Below are positions 19,025 to 29,067 of a DNA stretch of 64,000 bases, piece by piece. The translations under genes and the position numbers were made by a program. How positions within the stretch are numbered: position 1 is the first letter of the stretch; each line of letters starts with the position of its first letter. The DNA lies in IMG/VR virus record IMGVR_UViG_3300044712_000083, positions 1 to 64,000 of that record. One strand, 5' to 3'. The notes under the pieces are model-generated. The model did no database searches and was not told the origin of the DNA. It saw nothing but the letters and a program-made list of their open reading frames with translations. The DNA comes from a virus.

Positions 19025-19062
19025 GAGCCCATTCTATTTTAGTTTGGGCTCTCTTTTTCTTA
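19025..19062 (+). terminator. intrinsic terminator
   Basis: GAGCCCA...TGGGCTC followed by TCTTTTT. Confidence 0.7.
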
Positions 19063-19076
19063 AACCAAACAAAGTT

Positions 19077-20081
19077 ATGATAAAAGGAGAAAAAAGAGTC
19101 AGTTTATCAAAGGAGGCTATACTTAGTAAGATAACACCATATGACATATTCAGGTATTATATGCCTAATACTAAATGGAGTTTGAATGTTACAACACATT
19201 CACCGTTCAGACAAGATAAGAGACCATCATTTGTTATAGGTAACAGAGATAGTACAATTCTTTTCATAGATTTCGCAGATTCTACGAAGAAAGGTGATTG
19301 CTTTAAGTTTGTACAGCTATTGTATAATATTCCTTTGTCAGAAGCAATGAGACTCATTGACAGAGATTTCGGTCTTGGTATTGTACACAAGACAAATGTA
19401 GGAGAGTATCAACGTATTATTTCTGAATACAAAGCTCCAGAGATTATTGTAGAAAAGAAATATGCCAAGATACAGGTAGTAACCAGGAACTTTACAAACG
19501 CAGAGTTAGAATATTGGAATCAGTATCATCAGGATATAGATGATTTGAGAGCCAATAATGTTTATGCTGTTAAGAAAGTATATCTTAATAGAGAACAAGT
19601 AATTCTGCGAGAGAAAGAGATGGTGTTTGGCTATCTATACGGTGATAGATGGAAGATCTATAAACCATATGCAGATAAACAGTTTAAGTGGGTACCAAAT
19701 AACGTACCTATCACTGCTATGGATGGACTAGAAAACATCAAAGACTGTAAGGTAGCATTCATTAACAAGTCAAAGAAGGATTACATGGTGATGAAGAAGT
19801 TGTTTCCATGTAGTTGTGCAGTTCAGAATGAGGGTATAGGATGTTTCTCTGATGAGAATGTTCAGTATCTAAAAGACAACTCTAGATTCCAAGTGCTATC
19901 GTTTGATGCAGATGGACCAGGAGTTAAGAATTCTAAACTAATCACAAAGAAGTTTGGATTTGACTATTGTAATGTACCCAGAAAGTATTTAATAGAAGGT
20001 ATCAAGGATTGGGCTGACTTAGCAAAAGCCCATGGTATGGAACCAATAGAACAGTATTTACAAAAGAGAAAATTAATTTAA
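19077..20081 (+). CDS. dnaG: DNA primase (TOPRIM)
   Basis: SPFRQDKRPSF, GDCF, KSKKD, FDADGPG, KDWAD. Confidence 0.85.
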   Translation: MIKGEKRVSLSKEAILSKITPYDIFRYYMPNTKWSLNVTTHSPFRQDKRPSFVIGNRDSTILFIDFADSTKKGDCFKFVQLLYNIPLSEAMRLIDRDFGLGIVHKTNVGEYQRIISEYKAPEIIVEKKYAKIQVVTRNFTNAELEYWNQYHQDIDDLRANNVYAVKKVYLNREQVILREKEMVFGYLYGDRWKIYKPYADKQFKWVPNNVPITAMDGLENIKDCKVAFINKSKKDYMVMKKLFPCSCAVQNEGIGCFSDENVQYLKDNSRFQVLSFDADGPGVKNSKLITKKFGFDYCNVPRKYLIEGIKDWADLAKAHGMEPIEQYLQKRKLI

Positions 20082-20093
20082 ACAATCACAATT

Positions 20094-20453
20094 ATGGGAA
20101 GATATTATTCAGGAGATATAGAAGGTAAGTTTTGGTTTGCAGTGCAAAGCTCTACAGTAGGAGAACGCTTTGGCTGTGTAGAACAAGATCCAGGTACAAT
20201 TGACTATTACATTGGTGAGGAGGATAAAGATCAAATCATCGATGAGCTCAAAGCAATTGAAGAAAAGCTTGGAGATGAATTAAAGAAGTTTCATGATTTC
20301 TTTAATAAGCACGGTAGTTACAATGACGAGAAGCTAAAGGAAGCAGGCTTAGATATTAGTTTACTACAAGACTATGCAGACTATGGTTTTGGTCAGAAGT
20401 TATTGAAGTGTGTAGAAGAAAATGGTGAATGTAATTTTACAGCAGAATTATAA
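20094..20453 (+). CDS. conserved aquatic-phage hypothetical protein
   Basis: MGRYYSGDIEGKFWFAVQSS N-terminus. Confidence 0.75.
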   Translation: MGRYYSGDIEGKFWFAVQSSTVGERFGCVEQDPGTIDYYIGEEDKDQIIDELKAIEEKLGDELKKFHDFFNKHGSYNDEKLKEAGLDISLLQDYADYGFGQKLLKCVEENGECNFTAEL

Positions 20454-21172
20454 TGGATTTTGAAAAGTTTAAAGACAAGCTCCACGAGAGCTGGCATGAG
20501 AAACTTCGACCATTTATAGAGAGCGAAGAATGTGATAAGATTTATGCATTCTTAAAGTCAGAGAGTAAGAGGGGCAAGATGATTGTCCCTCAATCTCATG
20601 ACGTGTGGAGATGTTTCAAAGAAACTCCACTGCCTGAAGTAAAGGTAGTTATTGTAGGTATGTGTCCATATCATACAATGACTAGAAAGGGAGAAGTTAT
20701 TGCAGATGGATTATTGATGGGTTGTAGCTATACAGGTTATATGCAGCCTACACTTGATCAATTCTATGGAGGTATAGAAAGAGAACTATATCAGGGATTA
20801 GCATTAGATAGACACAAGAACCCCGATGTTAGCTTTTTAGCTCATCAAGGCGTGTTAATGTTTAACGCAGCCCTAACTACAGAATTGAACAAGGCTGGTG
20901 CTCACCAAGAGTTGTGGGAACCATTTGTTAAATACCTATTTGAGAATGTATTTCAGTTTTCTGGAATACCATTTGTATTCTTGGGTAAAGATGCAGGTAA
21001 GACAGCTAAATATCTTACAGGTTTTGATTGGCAGTTTCCTGTTAGTCATCCAGCCTCCGCATCATACAAGAATGCAGAATGGGATACAGAGGGTACATTT
21101 GGTAAAGTGAACACACTAATTAAACAAAACAACGGTTTTGAAATAGACTGGTTAGAAAAAATAGAGATATGA
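20453..21172 (+). CDS. ung: uracil-DNA glycosylase family 1-like
   Basis: VKVVIVGMCPYH, ADGL, QGVLMFN.ALT, SHPA. Confidence 0.85.
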   Translation: MDFEKFKDKLHESWHEKLRPFIESEECDKIYAFLKSESKRGKMIVPQSHDVWRCFKETPLPEVKVVIVGMCPYHTMTRKGEVIADGLLMGCSYTGYMQPTLDQFYGGIERELYQGLALDRHKNPDVSFLAHQGVLMFNAALTTELNKAGAHQELWEPFVKYLFENVFQFSGIPFVFLGKDAGKTAKYLTGFDWQFPVSHPASASYKNAEWDTEGTFGKVNTLIKQNNGFEIDWLEKIEI

Positions 21173-21441
21173 CAAAGTTTAAAGAATTTGATTTCTACTC
21201 AGATGAGAAGAAAACTATATGGTATCGCGTGCATTTTACAGTGAGAGCTGAAACAGAAGAAGAAGCTATGCATATTGCTAAAGAAATGTTTGATAAACAA
21301 GACTACGGTGATGCAGATTATGAACAACTGACAGACACTGTAGAAGATATGTCTGTTGGTGATAACGGTATGGAAACTAGAGAATTGTTTAAATACCCAA
21401 ATGGTGATTATGTTAAGAACAATTTAGACTTAAAGTGGTAA
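21169..21441 (+). CDS. hypothetical protein
   Basis: V.AETEEEA motif ORF. Confidence 0.7.
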   Translation: MTKFKEFDFYSDEKKTIWYRVHFTVRAETEEEAMHIAKEMFDKQDYGDADYEQLTDTVEDMSVGDNGMETRELFKYPNGDYVKNNLDLKW

Positions 21442-21448
21442 TTCTTTG

Positions 21449-21456
21449 TATATTTG
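21449..21456 (+). promoter_or_regulatory. Bacteroidota -7 promoter element
   Basis: TATATTTG upstream of the HNH gene. Confidence 0.55.
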
Positions 21457-21474
21457 TGACATATATAACACATT

Positions 21475-21879
21475 ATGGCTAAGCGTGCAACAACTCCTAA
21501 GACTAGAAACTCTGGAACAATGACAGAATCAGCGTTCTGGAGTTTCATTAGGAGTGCTTTAAGACAGAAGTCTAGATGGTGGAAACCTATAACAGAATGT
21601 AAAGCGAAAGCTAAACGTGTGTATAAAGGACCATTGAAGAGACAGAAGTTTGAATATCAGTGTAACCAATGTAAAGGTTGGTTTCCAGAGAAGAAAATAA
21701 ATGTAGACCACATTGTGCCAGCAGGTACACTAACTTGTGCTCAAGATCTTCCAGCTTTTGTAGAACGATTGTTCTGCGAAGTGGATAATCTACAAGTGTT
21801 GTGTGAACCCTGTCACGATATTAAAACCCAAAATGAAAATGGACGGAGAAAAAGAAGTCGCAAGAATCTCGATAAATAA
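21475..21879 (+). CDS. HNH endonuclease
   Basis: CNQC...VDHIVP...NLQVLCEPCH. Confidence 0.85.
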   Translation: MAKRATTPKTRNSGTMTESAFWSFIRSALRQKSRWWKPITECKAKAKRVYKGPLKRQKFEYQCNQCKGWFPEKKINVDHIVPAGTLTCAQDLPAFVERLFCEVDNLQVLCEPCHDIKTQNENGRRKRSRKNLDK

Positions 21880-22099
21880 GACACAATCTTTTACAGAGAT
21901 TTGGTATGAAGGAAGTGTAACTTTTGAAGGAAAGGAACACAGTTTCTGGCTTGTAGATCCTAGAGGAAAGGATCCAGAAGGTAGAGAGTATGGTATAGAG
22001 GTAAGATGGTGGTTCAAACAAGTACCACGTGAGGTGCGAGCAATGCACGATACAATTGTAGAAGCTTATAAAGAAATGAAAGATGATAACAAGAAGTGA
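21833..22099 (+). CDS. hypothetical protein
   Basis: ORF 21803..22099; ATG at 21833 or 21839. Confidence 0.65.
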   Translation: MKMDGEKEVARISINKTQSFTEIWYEGSVTFEGKEHSFWLVDPRGKDPEGREYGIEVRWWFKQVPREVRAMHDTIVEAYKEMKDDNKK

Positions 22100-23120
22100 G
22101 AAAGAGTATAGAGCTGTCCAAATGGATAGCTCTTCTAGTCTAAAGGAGTTTTCTGTAGACAGAAAGAAATATCACAAGAAGTATATTCTTGGTGAGAAGG
22201 TAGAAGATGATGAGAACAAAGCTGCTGTTATGGGCAGAGTTGTAGAAACATTGTTGTTAGAACCAGAATTGTTTGAGAGTAGATTTCATATGTCTACTTG
22301 TGAAGGTGCACCAACAGGATTGATGAATGATTTTGTGGAAGCACTGTACAAAAGAACGCTAGAAGCTACAGATGTATTTGGTAAAGTTGCTAGAACATTT
22401 GAAGACATTTCTAAAGATGCTTATACAGATTCAGGATTCAAAATCAAATATGAGGCTGTAATGAACAAGTTTATTGGTTCTGAGGCTGAGACATATTATG
22501 ATGAGATAAGAGTTGTCAGAGCTAAAGGATTAACTGTTGTAACAGCTAATGACATGAACAACGCTGAGCGTATTGTTAATGAGCTTAGAAACAACTTTGT
22601 CACTAAGGATATTGTCAATCAAAACAAGAGCTCTCGTTATGATGTATACAATCAGTATCAGATAGAAGGATTTAATCTTATGGGTTTAGAGTGTAAAGGC
22701 ATGATGGATAAGATTATTGTAGATCACCAAGAGAAAACTTTACAAATCTACGATCTGAAATGTACTTGGTCTGTTGAAAATTTCTACGAAGAATATTATC
22801 TTTATAGAAGAGCTTACATTCAGGCATATGTATATTGGGTAGCAGGATTAGATATTGTAAAACATCTTGAACTAAGTGGTTATACAGTATTAGCTCCTAA
22901 ATTTATTGTTTGCGATAGTACAAACTATATGAACCCACTCATCTATACATTAAACACAGAAGATCTAGAAGAGGCTGTAATGGGATTCACGCATAAGGGT
23001 AGAACATATCCAGGTGTGGCACAGATTATAGCAGATTTAATTTGGGCTAAAAAGACAGACACATGGAATATTTCCAAGAGTCGTTATGAGTTAGGAGGAG
23101 TTGTAAACATTAAACAGTAA
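22083..23120 (+). CDS. PD-(D/E)XK exonuclease (RecE/Exo VIII-like)
   Basis: SSSLK, G..VE..LLEP, CKGMMD, YDLK, YIQAYVY. Confidence 0.8.
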   Translation: MITRSEKEYRAVQMDSSSSLKEFSVDRKKYHKKYILGEKVEDDENKAAVMGRVVETLLLEPELFESRFHMSTCEGAPTGLMNDFVEALYKRTLEATDVFGKVARTFEDISKDAYTDSGFKIKYEAVMNKFIGSEAETYYDEIRVVRAKGLTVVTANDMNNAERIVNELRNNFVTKDIVNQNKSSRYDVYNQYQIEGFNLMGLECKGMMDKIIVDHQEKTLQIYDLKCTWSVENFYEEYYLYRRAYIQAYVYWVAGLDIVKHLELSGYTVLAPKFIVCDSTNYMNPLIYTLNTEDLEEAVMGFTHKGRTYPGVAQIIADLIWAKKTDTWNISKSRYELGGVVNIKQ

Positions 23121-23126
23121 AGAGTT

Positions 23127-23684
23127 ATGAACATTGATAAAACAATCACTAGCATTTTTATAGTGCCAACCTTGAAAATAGATAAGGAAGAGTTAAAGAA
23201 ACAAGGGTTTATCAATGGTTTTAGTATTGATGGAGAGCGAGATGTACAGTATAAAGATGCTGTATATCTCCTTTTCAAACCTACTGACCTAGATAAGTTT
23301 AGAGTATTTCTAGAGGAGCAACAACAAAGTAGGAAAGATATACTAGATGACTATGATTATCCAGATAAACATGTCGTAGTAGTATATCAATTAGATAAGA
23401 AATGGAAGAAAGATTTTGCATTGATCAAAGAAGGTTCGTATTCTAAAACTTCTAAGAAATTTCAAGAACTTTTTCCAAAGACCATTAAGCTTGTAAGACA
23501 CGGTATTACCATCGAAAGAACATCTGTCCAGTATAGAATATTCAATAAGACAGAAGATCTTCGAGACTATTGGGAAGATAGATTAGATGTAATATTTACA
23601 GACGATATGGAAATGTGGGATGGTTTTCATCCAGAGAATGAAACATTAACGTTAGAAAAATTAAAACAAGAAGAAACAGTATGA
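23127..23684 (+). CDS. conserved crAss-like hypothetical protein
   Basis: T.TS.FI.P, YLLF, G.YSK.S motifs. Confidence 0.7.
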   Translation: MNIDKTITSIFIVPTLKIDKEELKKQGFINGFSIDGERDVQYKDAVYLLFKPTDLDKFRVFLEEQQQSRKDILDDYDYPDKHVVVVYQLDKKWKKDFALIKEGSYSKTSKKFQELFPKTIKLVRHGITIERTSVQYRIFNKTEDLRDYWEDRLDVIFTDDMEMWDGFHPENETLTLEKLKQEETV

Positions 23685-24088
23685 CAGGTAAAGAAATCTT
23701 AGATGCTAATCCAAAAGCAGCATCTTTAATCCACGATTATTATTTGAATAGAATGCTTGATGCATTAGAAGATGATAAGTTTCCAAAAAACTTTAAAGAC
23801 TTTGCAAGAGAAAGAGGTCTTCCTTTCGATAACATTATAGCAATGGTAGAAACCAATCCAAGACAGCTAATAGATTTCTTTGATGATGAAGATATCTATA
23901 TTAATGTTACACGCTATGTAGCATCGATAGATGGTAAGCCATATTGTATTCTAGATCACAACTCTACAGTTAAGTCAAAGAATGTATTTGAGACTAGAAA
24001 AGAGGCTGAATTAGAAGGTGTAAAACTAGCTATTGAGTTGCTAGAAAAGAAACTAAATTCGTTAGAGGAAACTAACGAAGAAAGTTAA
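23681..24088 (+). CDS. hypothetical protein
   Basis: LIDFFD..IYI, TRKEAE motifs. Confidence 0.7.
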   Translation: MTGKEILDANPKAASLIHDYYLNRMLDALEDDKFPKNFKDFARERGLPFDNIIAMVETNPRQLIDFFDDEDIYINVTRYVASIDGKPYCILDHNSTVKSKNVFETRKEAELEGVKLAIELLEKKLNSLEETNEES

Positions 24089-24115
24089 TCTGAATTTTAA
24101 AAATTGTTTGTTTAT

Positions 24116-24152
24116 AAGGGTTTGCATTGGTAATTTGCAAACCCTTTCTTTT
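24116..24152 (+). terminator. intrinsic terminator
   Basis: AAGGGTTTGCA...TGCAAACCCTT followed by TCTTTT. Confidence 0.7.
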
Positions 24153-24174
24153 AAAATTTAAACATAAAAAACAT

Positions 24175-26073
24175 ATGGACTTAGGCTTAGAAGCTCTATC
24201 AAAAATCACTACTTTTAGTAAGTATGCCAAGTATATTCCTAGCAAGCAACGAAGAGAAACTTGGGATGAAATTGTCAATCGTTATGAGGACATGATGATT
24301 GCAAAATACCCACTGATGACACAAGCAATTGTAGAAACAGCAAAGATGATCCGTGAGAAAAAGATCTTACCATCTATGCGTGCTCTACAGTTTGCAGGTC
24401 CAGCAGCTGAGGTGAACAACGCCAGAATCTACAACTGTTGTTATCTTCCTATCGATAGTATTCATAGCTTCTCAGAGTCTATGTTTCTATTATTAGGTGG
24501 TACAGGTGTAGGTTATTCAGTACAAACACACCACGTTAATCAACTACCAGAGATCAAGCGTCCTACAAAGTCTCGCAACTATCTTATAGAAGATTCTATT
24601 ATGGGATGGGCTGATGCTGTTAAGATGTTAATGAAAGCTTATTTAGCTGGAGGAACGATGCCTAAGTTTGACTTCCGTGCTATTCGTGAGAAAGGTGCTA
24701 CATTGGTAACAGCAGGTGGTAAAGCACCAGGTCCTGAGCCATTAAAGCTATGCCTAGCACACGTTCAAGCTATCCTTGATAGAAAGCATGATGGAGAGAA
24801 ATTAACAAGCTTAGAATGCCACGACATCATGTGTCACATTGCTAACTCTGTGTTAGCTGGTGGTATCCGTAGAAGTGCTATGATTTGTTTGTTTGATCAT
24901 GACGATGAGTCTATGATTACATCTAAGTATGGTAACTGGTGGGAAACTAATGAGCAACGTGGACGTGCTAATAACTCTGCTGTATTAAAGCGTGGAGAGA
25001 TTAGTGAAGAACAATTCAAAGCTCTATGGAAACGTGTAGAAGCATCAGGATCAGGAGAACCAGGATTGTATTGGACTAACAACTTAGACTGGGGAACTAA
25101 CCCATGTTGTGAGATTGCTCTACGTCCTTATCAGTTCTGTAATCTATGTGAAGTAAATGTATCTGATGTTGTAGACCAAGAAGATTTGAATGCTCGTGTA
25201 GCAGCAGCTGCTTTCTTTGGTACTCTACAAGCTGGGTTCTTTGACTTCCATTACTTACGTCCTATTTGGGCTAAGACTACACAGAAAGATGCTCTATTGG
25301 GTATTGGTATGACAGGTATTGGATCAGGAGAAATATTGAAGTATGACTTGGAGATTGCTGCTGAGGTAGCAAAGAATGTCAATAGACTTATCTCTGCTAA
25401 GATTGGTACAAACGAAGCAGCTCGTATCAATTGTATCAAACCTTCAGGTACTACAAGTCTTGTGTTAGGTACAGCTTCTGGTATCCATGCTTGGCACAAT
25501 GATTTCTATTTACGTACAATGCGATTCAACAAAAATGAAGATATTGCTGTATATTTGATGGAGAATCATCCAGAGTTATGTGAAGATGATGTGTTACGTC
25601 CTAATGATACAGTTTGTGTACGTATTCCAGTGAAAGCACCAGAAGGTTCTATCTTACGTACTGAGACAGCTATAGATACGCTTGAGCGTGTTAAGCATTT
25701 CTCTGACAAGTGGATCAAGGCAGGACACGTTAATGGTGATAACACTCACAACGTATCAGCTACTATCTCTATTGATAGCAATAGAACATATGACACTATT
25801 CTTCCTAACAAAGGAGCTGGTACATATGATGAGTGGGAAGTTGTAGGTGAATGGATGTGGTTGAATCGTGATTCTTATAATGGTCTATCTGTACTACCTT
25901 ATTGGGGTGGAACATATCAACAAGCACCGTTTGAAGATATTACAGAAGAAGAATATAATAAACGTATTGTTACACTTAAAGAATTAGATTTGACCAATGT
26001 CACAGAAGCAAACGACAATGTTGAATTCGGACAAGTTGCCGCCTGTGCAGGAGGAGCTTGTGCCACAGAATAA
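24175..26073 (+). CDS. nrdJ: class II (B12-dependent, monomeric) ribonucleotide reductase
   Basis: YNCC, GGTGVG, GGIRRSA, TNPCCEI, KPSGT, C-terminal ACAGGAC; no beta-subunit gene nearby. Confidence 0.9.
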   Translation: MDLGLEALSKITTFSKYAKYIPSKQRRETWDEIVNRYEDMMIAKYPLMTQAIVETAKMIREKKILPSMRALQFAGPAAEVNNARIYNCCYLPIDSIHSFSESMFLLLGGTGVGYSVQTHHVNQLPEIKRPTKSRNYLIEDSIMGWADAVKMLMKAYLAGGTMPKFDFRAIREKGATLVTAGGKAPGPEPLKLCLAHVQAILDRKHDGEKLTSLECHDIMCHIANSVLAGGIRRSAMICLFDHDDESMITSKYGNWWETNEQRGRANNSAVLKRGEISEEQFKALWKRVEASGSGEPGLYWTNNLDWGTNPCCEIALRPYQFCNLCEVNVSDVVDQEDLNARVAAAAFFGTLQAGFFDFHYLRPIWAKTTQKDALLGIGMTGIGSGEILKYDLEIAAEVAKNVNRLISAKIGTNEAARINCIKPSGTTSLVLGTASGIHAWHNDFYLRTMRFNKNEDIAVYLMENHPELCEDDVLRPNDTVCVRIPVKAPEGSILRTETAIDTLERVKHFSDKWIKAGHVNGDNTHNVSATISIDSNRTYDTILPNKGAGTYDEWEVVGEWMWLNRDSYNGLSVLPYWGGTYQQAPFEDITEEEYNKRIVTLKELDLTNVTEANDNVEFGQVAACAGGACATE

Positions 26074-26080
26074 GGTTGTG

Positions 26081-26194
26081 ATGTCACGTGAGTTCCTCTC
26101 TAGTAGAGGGACTTGCTGTGGCAACATGTGTAGAGAATGTCCATACTATCCGAGACACACTGCGGGGACAACTCAAAAATATTATTTTCCATAG
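26081..26194 (+). CDS. DUF5522-like Cys-rich peptide
   Basis: FLSSRGTCCGNMCRECPY. Confidence 0.6.
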   Translation: MSREFLSSRGTCCGNMCRECPYYPRHTAGTTQKYYFP

Positions 26195-26223
26195 TGAATT
26201 TAATTTGATTGTGAAAGGAGTAC

Positions 26224-26263
26224 AAATAGCCTAGGTGTTTTACGTCTAGGCTATTTCTTTTTT
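26224..26263 (+). terminator. intrinsic terminator
   Basis: AAATAGCCTAGG...CTAGGCTATTT followed by a T-tract. Confidence 0.8.
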
Positions 26264-26308
26264 AATGAATATTTCGTAAATTTACATATAACAAAAAAGA
26301 ACTAAATC

Positions 26309-27379
26309 ATGGCTAAAAAGCAAACAGGAGAGCCTTCGGGCAAATCGAAGTTAGAGGATGCATTGGAATCCTTAAACAAGAAGTATGGTGTAGGAACGGT
26401 ACTTACATTAAACACAAAAGCGTATGGAGAATACGATTTAATTTCAACAGGATCTATAGGATTTGATCATGTTGTGTTAGGTGTAGGAGGTTTTGTCAAA
26501 GGCAAACTCTACGAACTTATGGGATGGGAGGGTTCAGGTAAGTCTACAATCTGTGGACATGCTGTAGCTAACTGTCAAAAGAATGGAGGTAAAGTATTAT
26601 ACATCGATGGCGAGCATGCTGTAGATAAGAAATACTTTCAAGCATTAGGGGTAGATGTAGATGCAATGTTACTAGCTCAGCCATCTTGTGGTGAGGAAGG
26701 TTTCAATATTGCTCTAGAGTTAATCAACACAGGAGAGATTGATCTTGTTATCATTGACTCAGATTCATCATTGATTCCTAAGAAAATCTTAGATGGTGAT
26801 GTAGGTGATTCTAATATTGGTCGTAAGGCTAAGTTGAATAGCGATACATATCCTAAGATGAAAACTGCACTAGCTAGAAACAACACGTGTGCTATCGTAG
26901 TTAGTCAGTATCGTGAGAAGATTGGTGTAATGTTTGGTAATCCTACTACAACTCAAGGCGGTCATGCATTAAAGTATGGTGCTGATGTTCGTATAGAAGT
27001 TACCAAGTCAGCAGCTAAGGATGGTGATTTCCAATATGGTAATGTTACTAAACTTAAGTCTGTAAAGAATAAGATGTCTCCTCCTTATAGACTAGCTCAG
27101 TTCGAGGTGGTGTATGGTGAAGGTATTGATCGCATTGGTGAAATCTTAGTATTATCTAATGAGTTTGAAATCTTACGCAAGTATGGTAAGACTATCACTT
27201 ATAACGAAACAAAGTATGACATTGATGAATTCAGAACTTTGCTAGAAGACAACGAAGAATTCTTTGACAAATTACGTCAAGATATTATTAACAAAATTAA
27301 TCAAACAGAAATCCCTGCAGAGGAAGAACAACAAGAAGAAGAAACTACAGAGGATAACACTTTAACTTTATTTGAATAA
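26309..27379 (+). CDS. recA: RecA recombinase
   Basis: ISTGS, GWEGSGKS, IDGEHA, QYREKIGVMFGNPTTTQGGHALK, KNK. Confidence 0.95.
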   Translation: MAKKQTGEPSGKSKLEDALESLNKKYGVGTVLTLNTKAYGEYDLISTGSIGFDHVVLGVGGFVKGKLYELMGWEGSGKSTICGHAVANCQKNGGKVLYIDGEHAVDKKYFQALGVDVDAMLLAQPSCGEEGFNIALELINTGEIDLVIIDSDSSLIPKKILDGDVGDSNIGRKAKLNSDTYPKMKTALARNNTCAIVVSQYREKIGVMFGNPTTTQGGHALKYGADVRIEVTKSAAKDGDFQYGNVTKLKSVKNKMSPPYRLAQFEVVYGEGIDRIGEILVLSNEFEILRKYGKTITYNETKYDIDEFRTLLEDNEEFFDKLRQDIINKINQTEIPAEEEQQEEETTEDNTLTLFE

Positions 27380-27810
27380 TGAAAGTAAACTTTAAAAAAC
27401 TAAATGACAAGGCTGTAAAGCCTAAGTTTGGTAAGCCAGGAGATGCAGGTGCAGATCTTGTAGCTACATCAGTGGAATGGATATCATTGTATCAAGTTGT
27501 ATATGGTACAGGATTAGCTGTAGAAATACCAGAAGGAATGGTGGGATTAATTTTCCCACGTTCCTCTATACGCAACTACGATTTAAGAATGAGTAACTCT
27601 GTTGGAGTAATTGACTCAGGTTATAGAGGAGAAATAATGGTAACATTCAATGCTGACCAACTTGATCCTGTATTTGCTAGAAAGTATGAAGTGGGTGATC
27701 GTATTGCTCAGTTAGTAATTGTACCTGTACCATTGATACAGTATGTAGAAGTAGATGAACTATCAGAAACTCAAAGAGGAGAAGGAGGACATGGAAGCAC
27801 AGGTAAATAA
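27379..27810 (+). CDS. dut: trimeric dUTPase
   Basis: AGADL, PRSS, GVIDSGYRGEI, RIAQL, RGEGGHGSTG. Confidence 0.95.
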   Translation: MKVNFKKLNDKAVKPKFGKPGDAGADLVATSVEWISLYQVVYGTGLAVEIPEGMVGLIFPRSSIRNYDLRMSNSVGVIDSGYRGEIMVTFNADQLDPVFARKYEVGDRIAQLVIVPVPLIQYVEVDELSETQRGEGGHGSTGK

Positions 27811-28009
27811 GGAAATGGTTAACCATCCTGATCATTATCAGGGTGCTAAGACAGAAGTTATAGACATCATAGAAGACTATAACTTAGGGTTTTCATTAGG
27901 CAATGCTATTAAATACATCCTTAGAGCTGATAAGAAAGGTAATAAGAAACAAGATCTTGAGAAAGCCTTGTGGTACATTAATAGAGAACTATCTAAATTT
28001 AAAGGATGA
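27791..28009 (+). CDS. DUF3310 (T7 gp1.7-like nucleotide kinase family)
   Basis: VNHPDHY, GNAIKYILRA.KK, DLEKALWY. Confidence 0.85.
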   Translation: MEAQVNKEMVNHPDHYQGAKTEVIDIIEDYNLGFSLGNAIKYILRADKKGNKKQDLEKALWYINRELSKFKG

Positions 28010-28419
28010 AAACATGCAGCGTAGAAGGCTGTGAGAATAAAGTTTGGTCAAAGGGTTTATGTCTTAATCATATTAAGCGTAAACCCTTACCTGCTTCTAG
28101 ACAGCTTGGTATTAATACAAGAGTTAAATCTTTTGCAGACAAGGAAAAGATTAATATAATGCGTGCGTTCTTTGTAGAAATATGGAAAAAGAGAAGACAT
28201 TATTCAGAGGTGAGTGATACTTACTTAGGTTCTGAACCAATGTCAACTTACTTTCATCATATACTACCGAAAGAAAAGTATCCTGAAGCTTGCTTGGATG
28301 AGGAAAATATTATACTTTTGACATTAGAGGAACACTCTAACGTAGAAGCAGATATGTATCGCTACGAAGAGGTAAATAAAAGAAGGGAGTTATTAAAACA
28401 AACTTATGACAGAGCCTAA
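28006..28419 (+). CDS. HNH-like nuclease with N-terminal zinc finger
   Basis: CSVEGC...GLC..H; HHILPK...ENIILL..EEH. Confidence 0.7.
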   Translation: MKTCSVEGCENKVWSKGLCLNHIKRKPLPASRQLGINTRVKSFADKEKINIMRAFFVEIWKKRRHYSEVSDTYLGSEPMSTYFHHILPKEKYPEACLDEENIILLTLEEHSNVEADMYRYEEVNKRRELLKQTYDRA

Positions 28420-29056
28420 CAGAGTAAGAAAACAGGAAATTAAGTATAGCGTAACTCTAAATGAAGAACAGAAAGTCGCTAAACAACTAATTATAGACAA
28501 TCAAATTGTGATTGTAACAGGTAGAGCTGGTTCAGGAAAGAGTCTAGTGTGTGCACAAGCTGCACTAGACTTCTTAATGAAGAAACAATGTGATCATCTA
28601 TACGTAACACGTGCAACTATAGAAGTGGGTAACTCCCTGGGATATCTTCCAGGATCTCTAGATGAGAAGTTTAATCCTTATTTAGAAGCATTCCAAGAAA
28701 ACTTAGTTAAGTGTTACGATAAAGTGAAGATTCAGTCTTTAGTTAAAGATGAAAAGATTGTAGCCTACCCAGTGCAGTTCATTCGTGGTAAGACCATCGA
28801 TGATATATTAGTTGTAGAGGAAGCACAAAACCTTACAAAGGCAGAGATGCTTGCCATTCTAACCAGACTTGGTAAAACAGGAAAGATTATTGTGAATGGT
28901 GACAATGAGCAAAAGGACATTAAGGATAGCTATAACGGACTTAGTTATGCTATTGATCTCTCTAAGAAGATTAATGGTATTAAATGGATTAAACTAAAAG
29001 AGAACCATCGTAGTGATCTTGTAGGACAGATTTTAGATTATGAATATAACAATTAA
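28406..29056 (+). CDS. phoH: PhoH-like ATPase
   Basis: GRAGSGKS, LGYLPG, FIRG.T, EEAQN, TRLG, GD..QKD, HRS. Confidence 0.92.
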   Translation: MTEPNRVRKQEIKYSVTLNEEQKVAKQLIIDNQIVIVTGRAGSGKSLVCAQAALDFLMKKQCDHLYVTRATIEVGNSLGYLPGSLDEKFNPYLEAFQENLVKCYDKVKIQSLVKDEKIVAYPVQFIRGKTIDDILVVEEAQNLTKAEMLAILTRLGKTGKIIVNGDNEQKDIKDSYNGLSYAIDLSKKINGIKWIKLKENHRSDLVGQILDYEYNN

Positions 29057-29067
29057 ACAATAAACCA

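Noticed and set aside
10470-27379. Introns or inteins in polB, dnaB, nrdJ or recA
   Set aside because: ORFs are continuous, of normal length, and have no intein motifs; the HNH genes are free-standing
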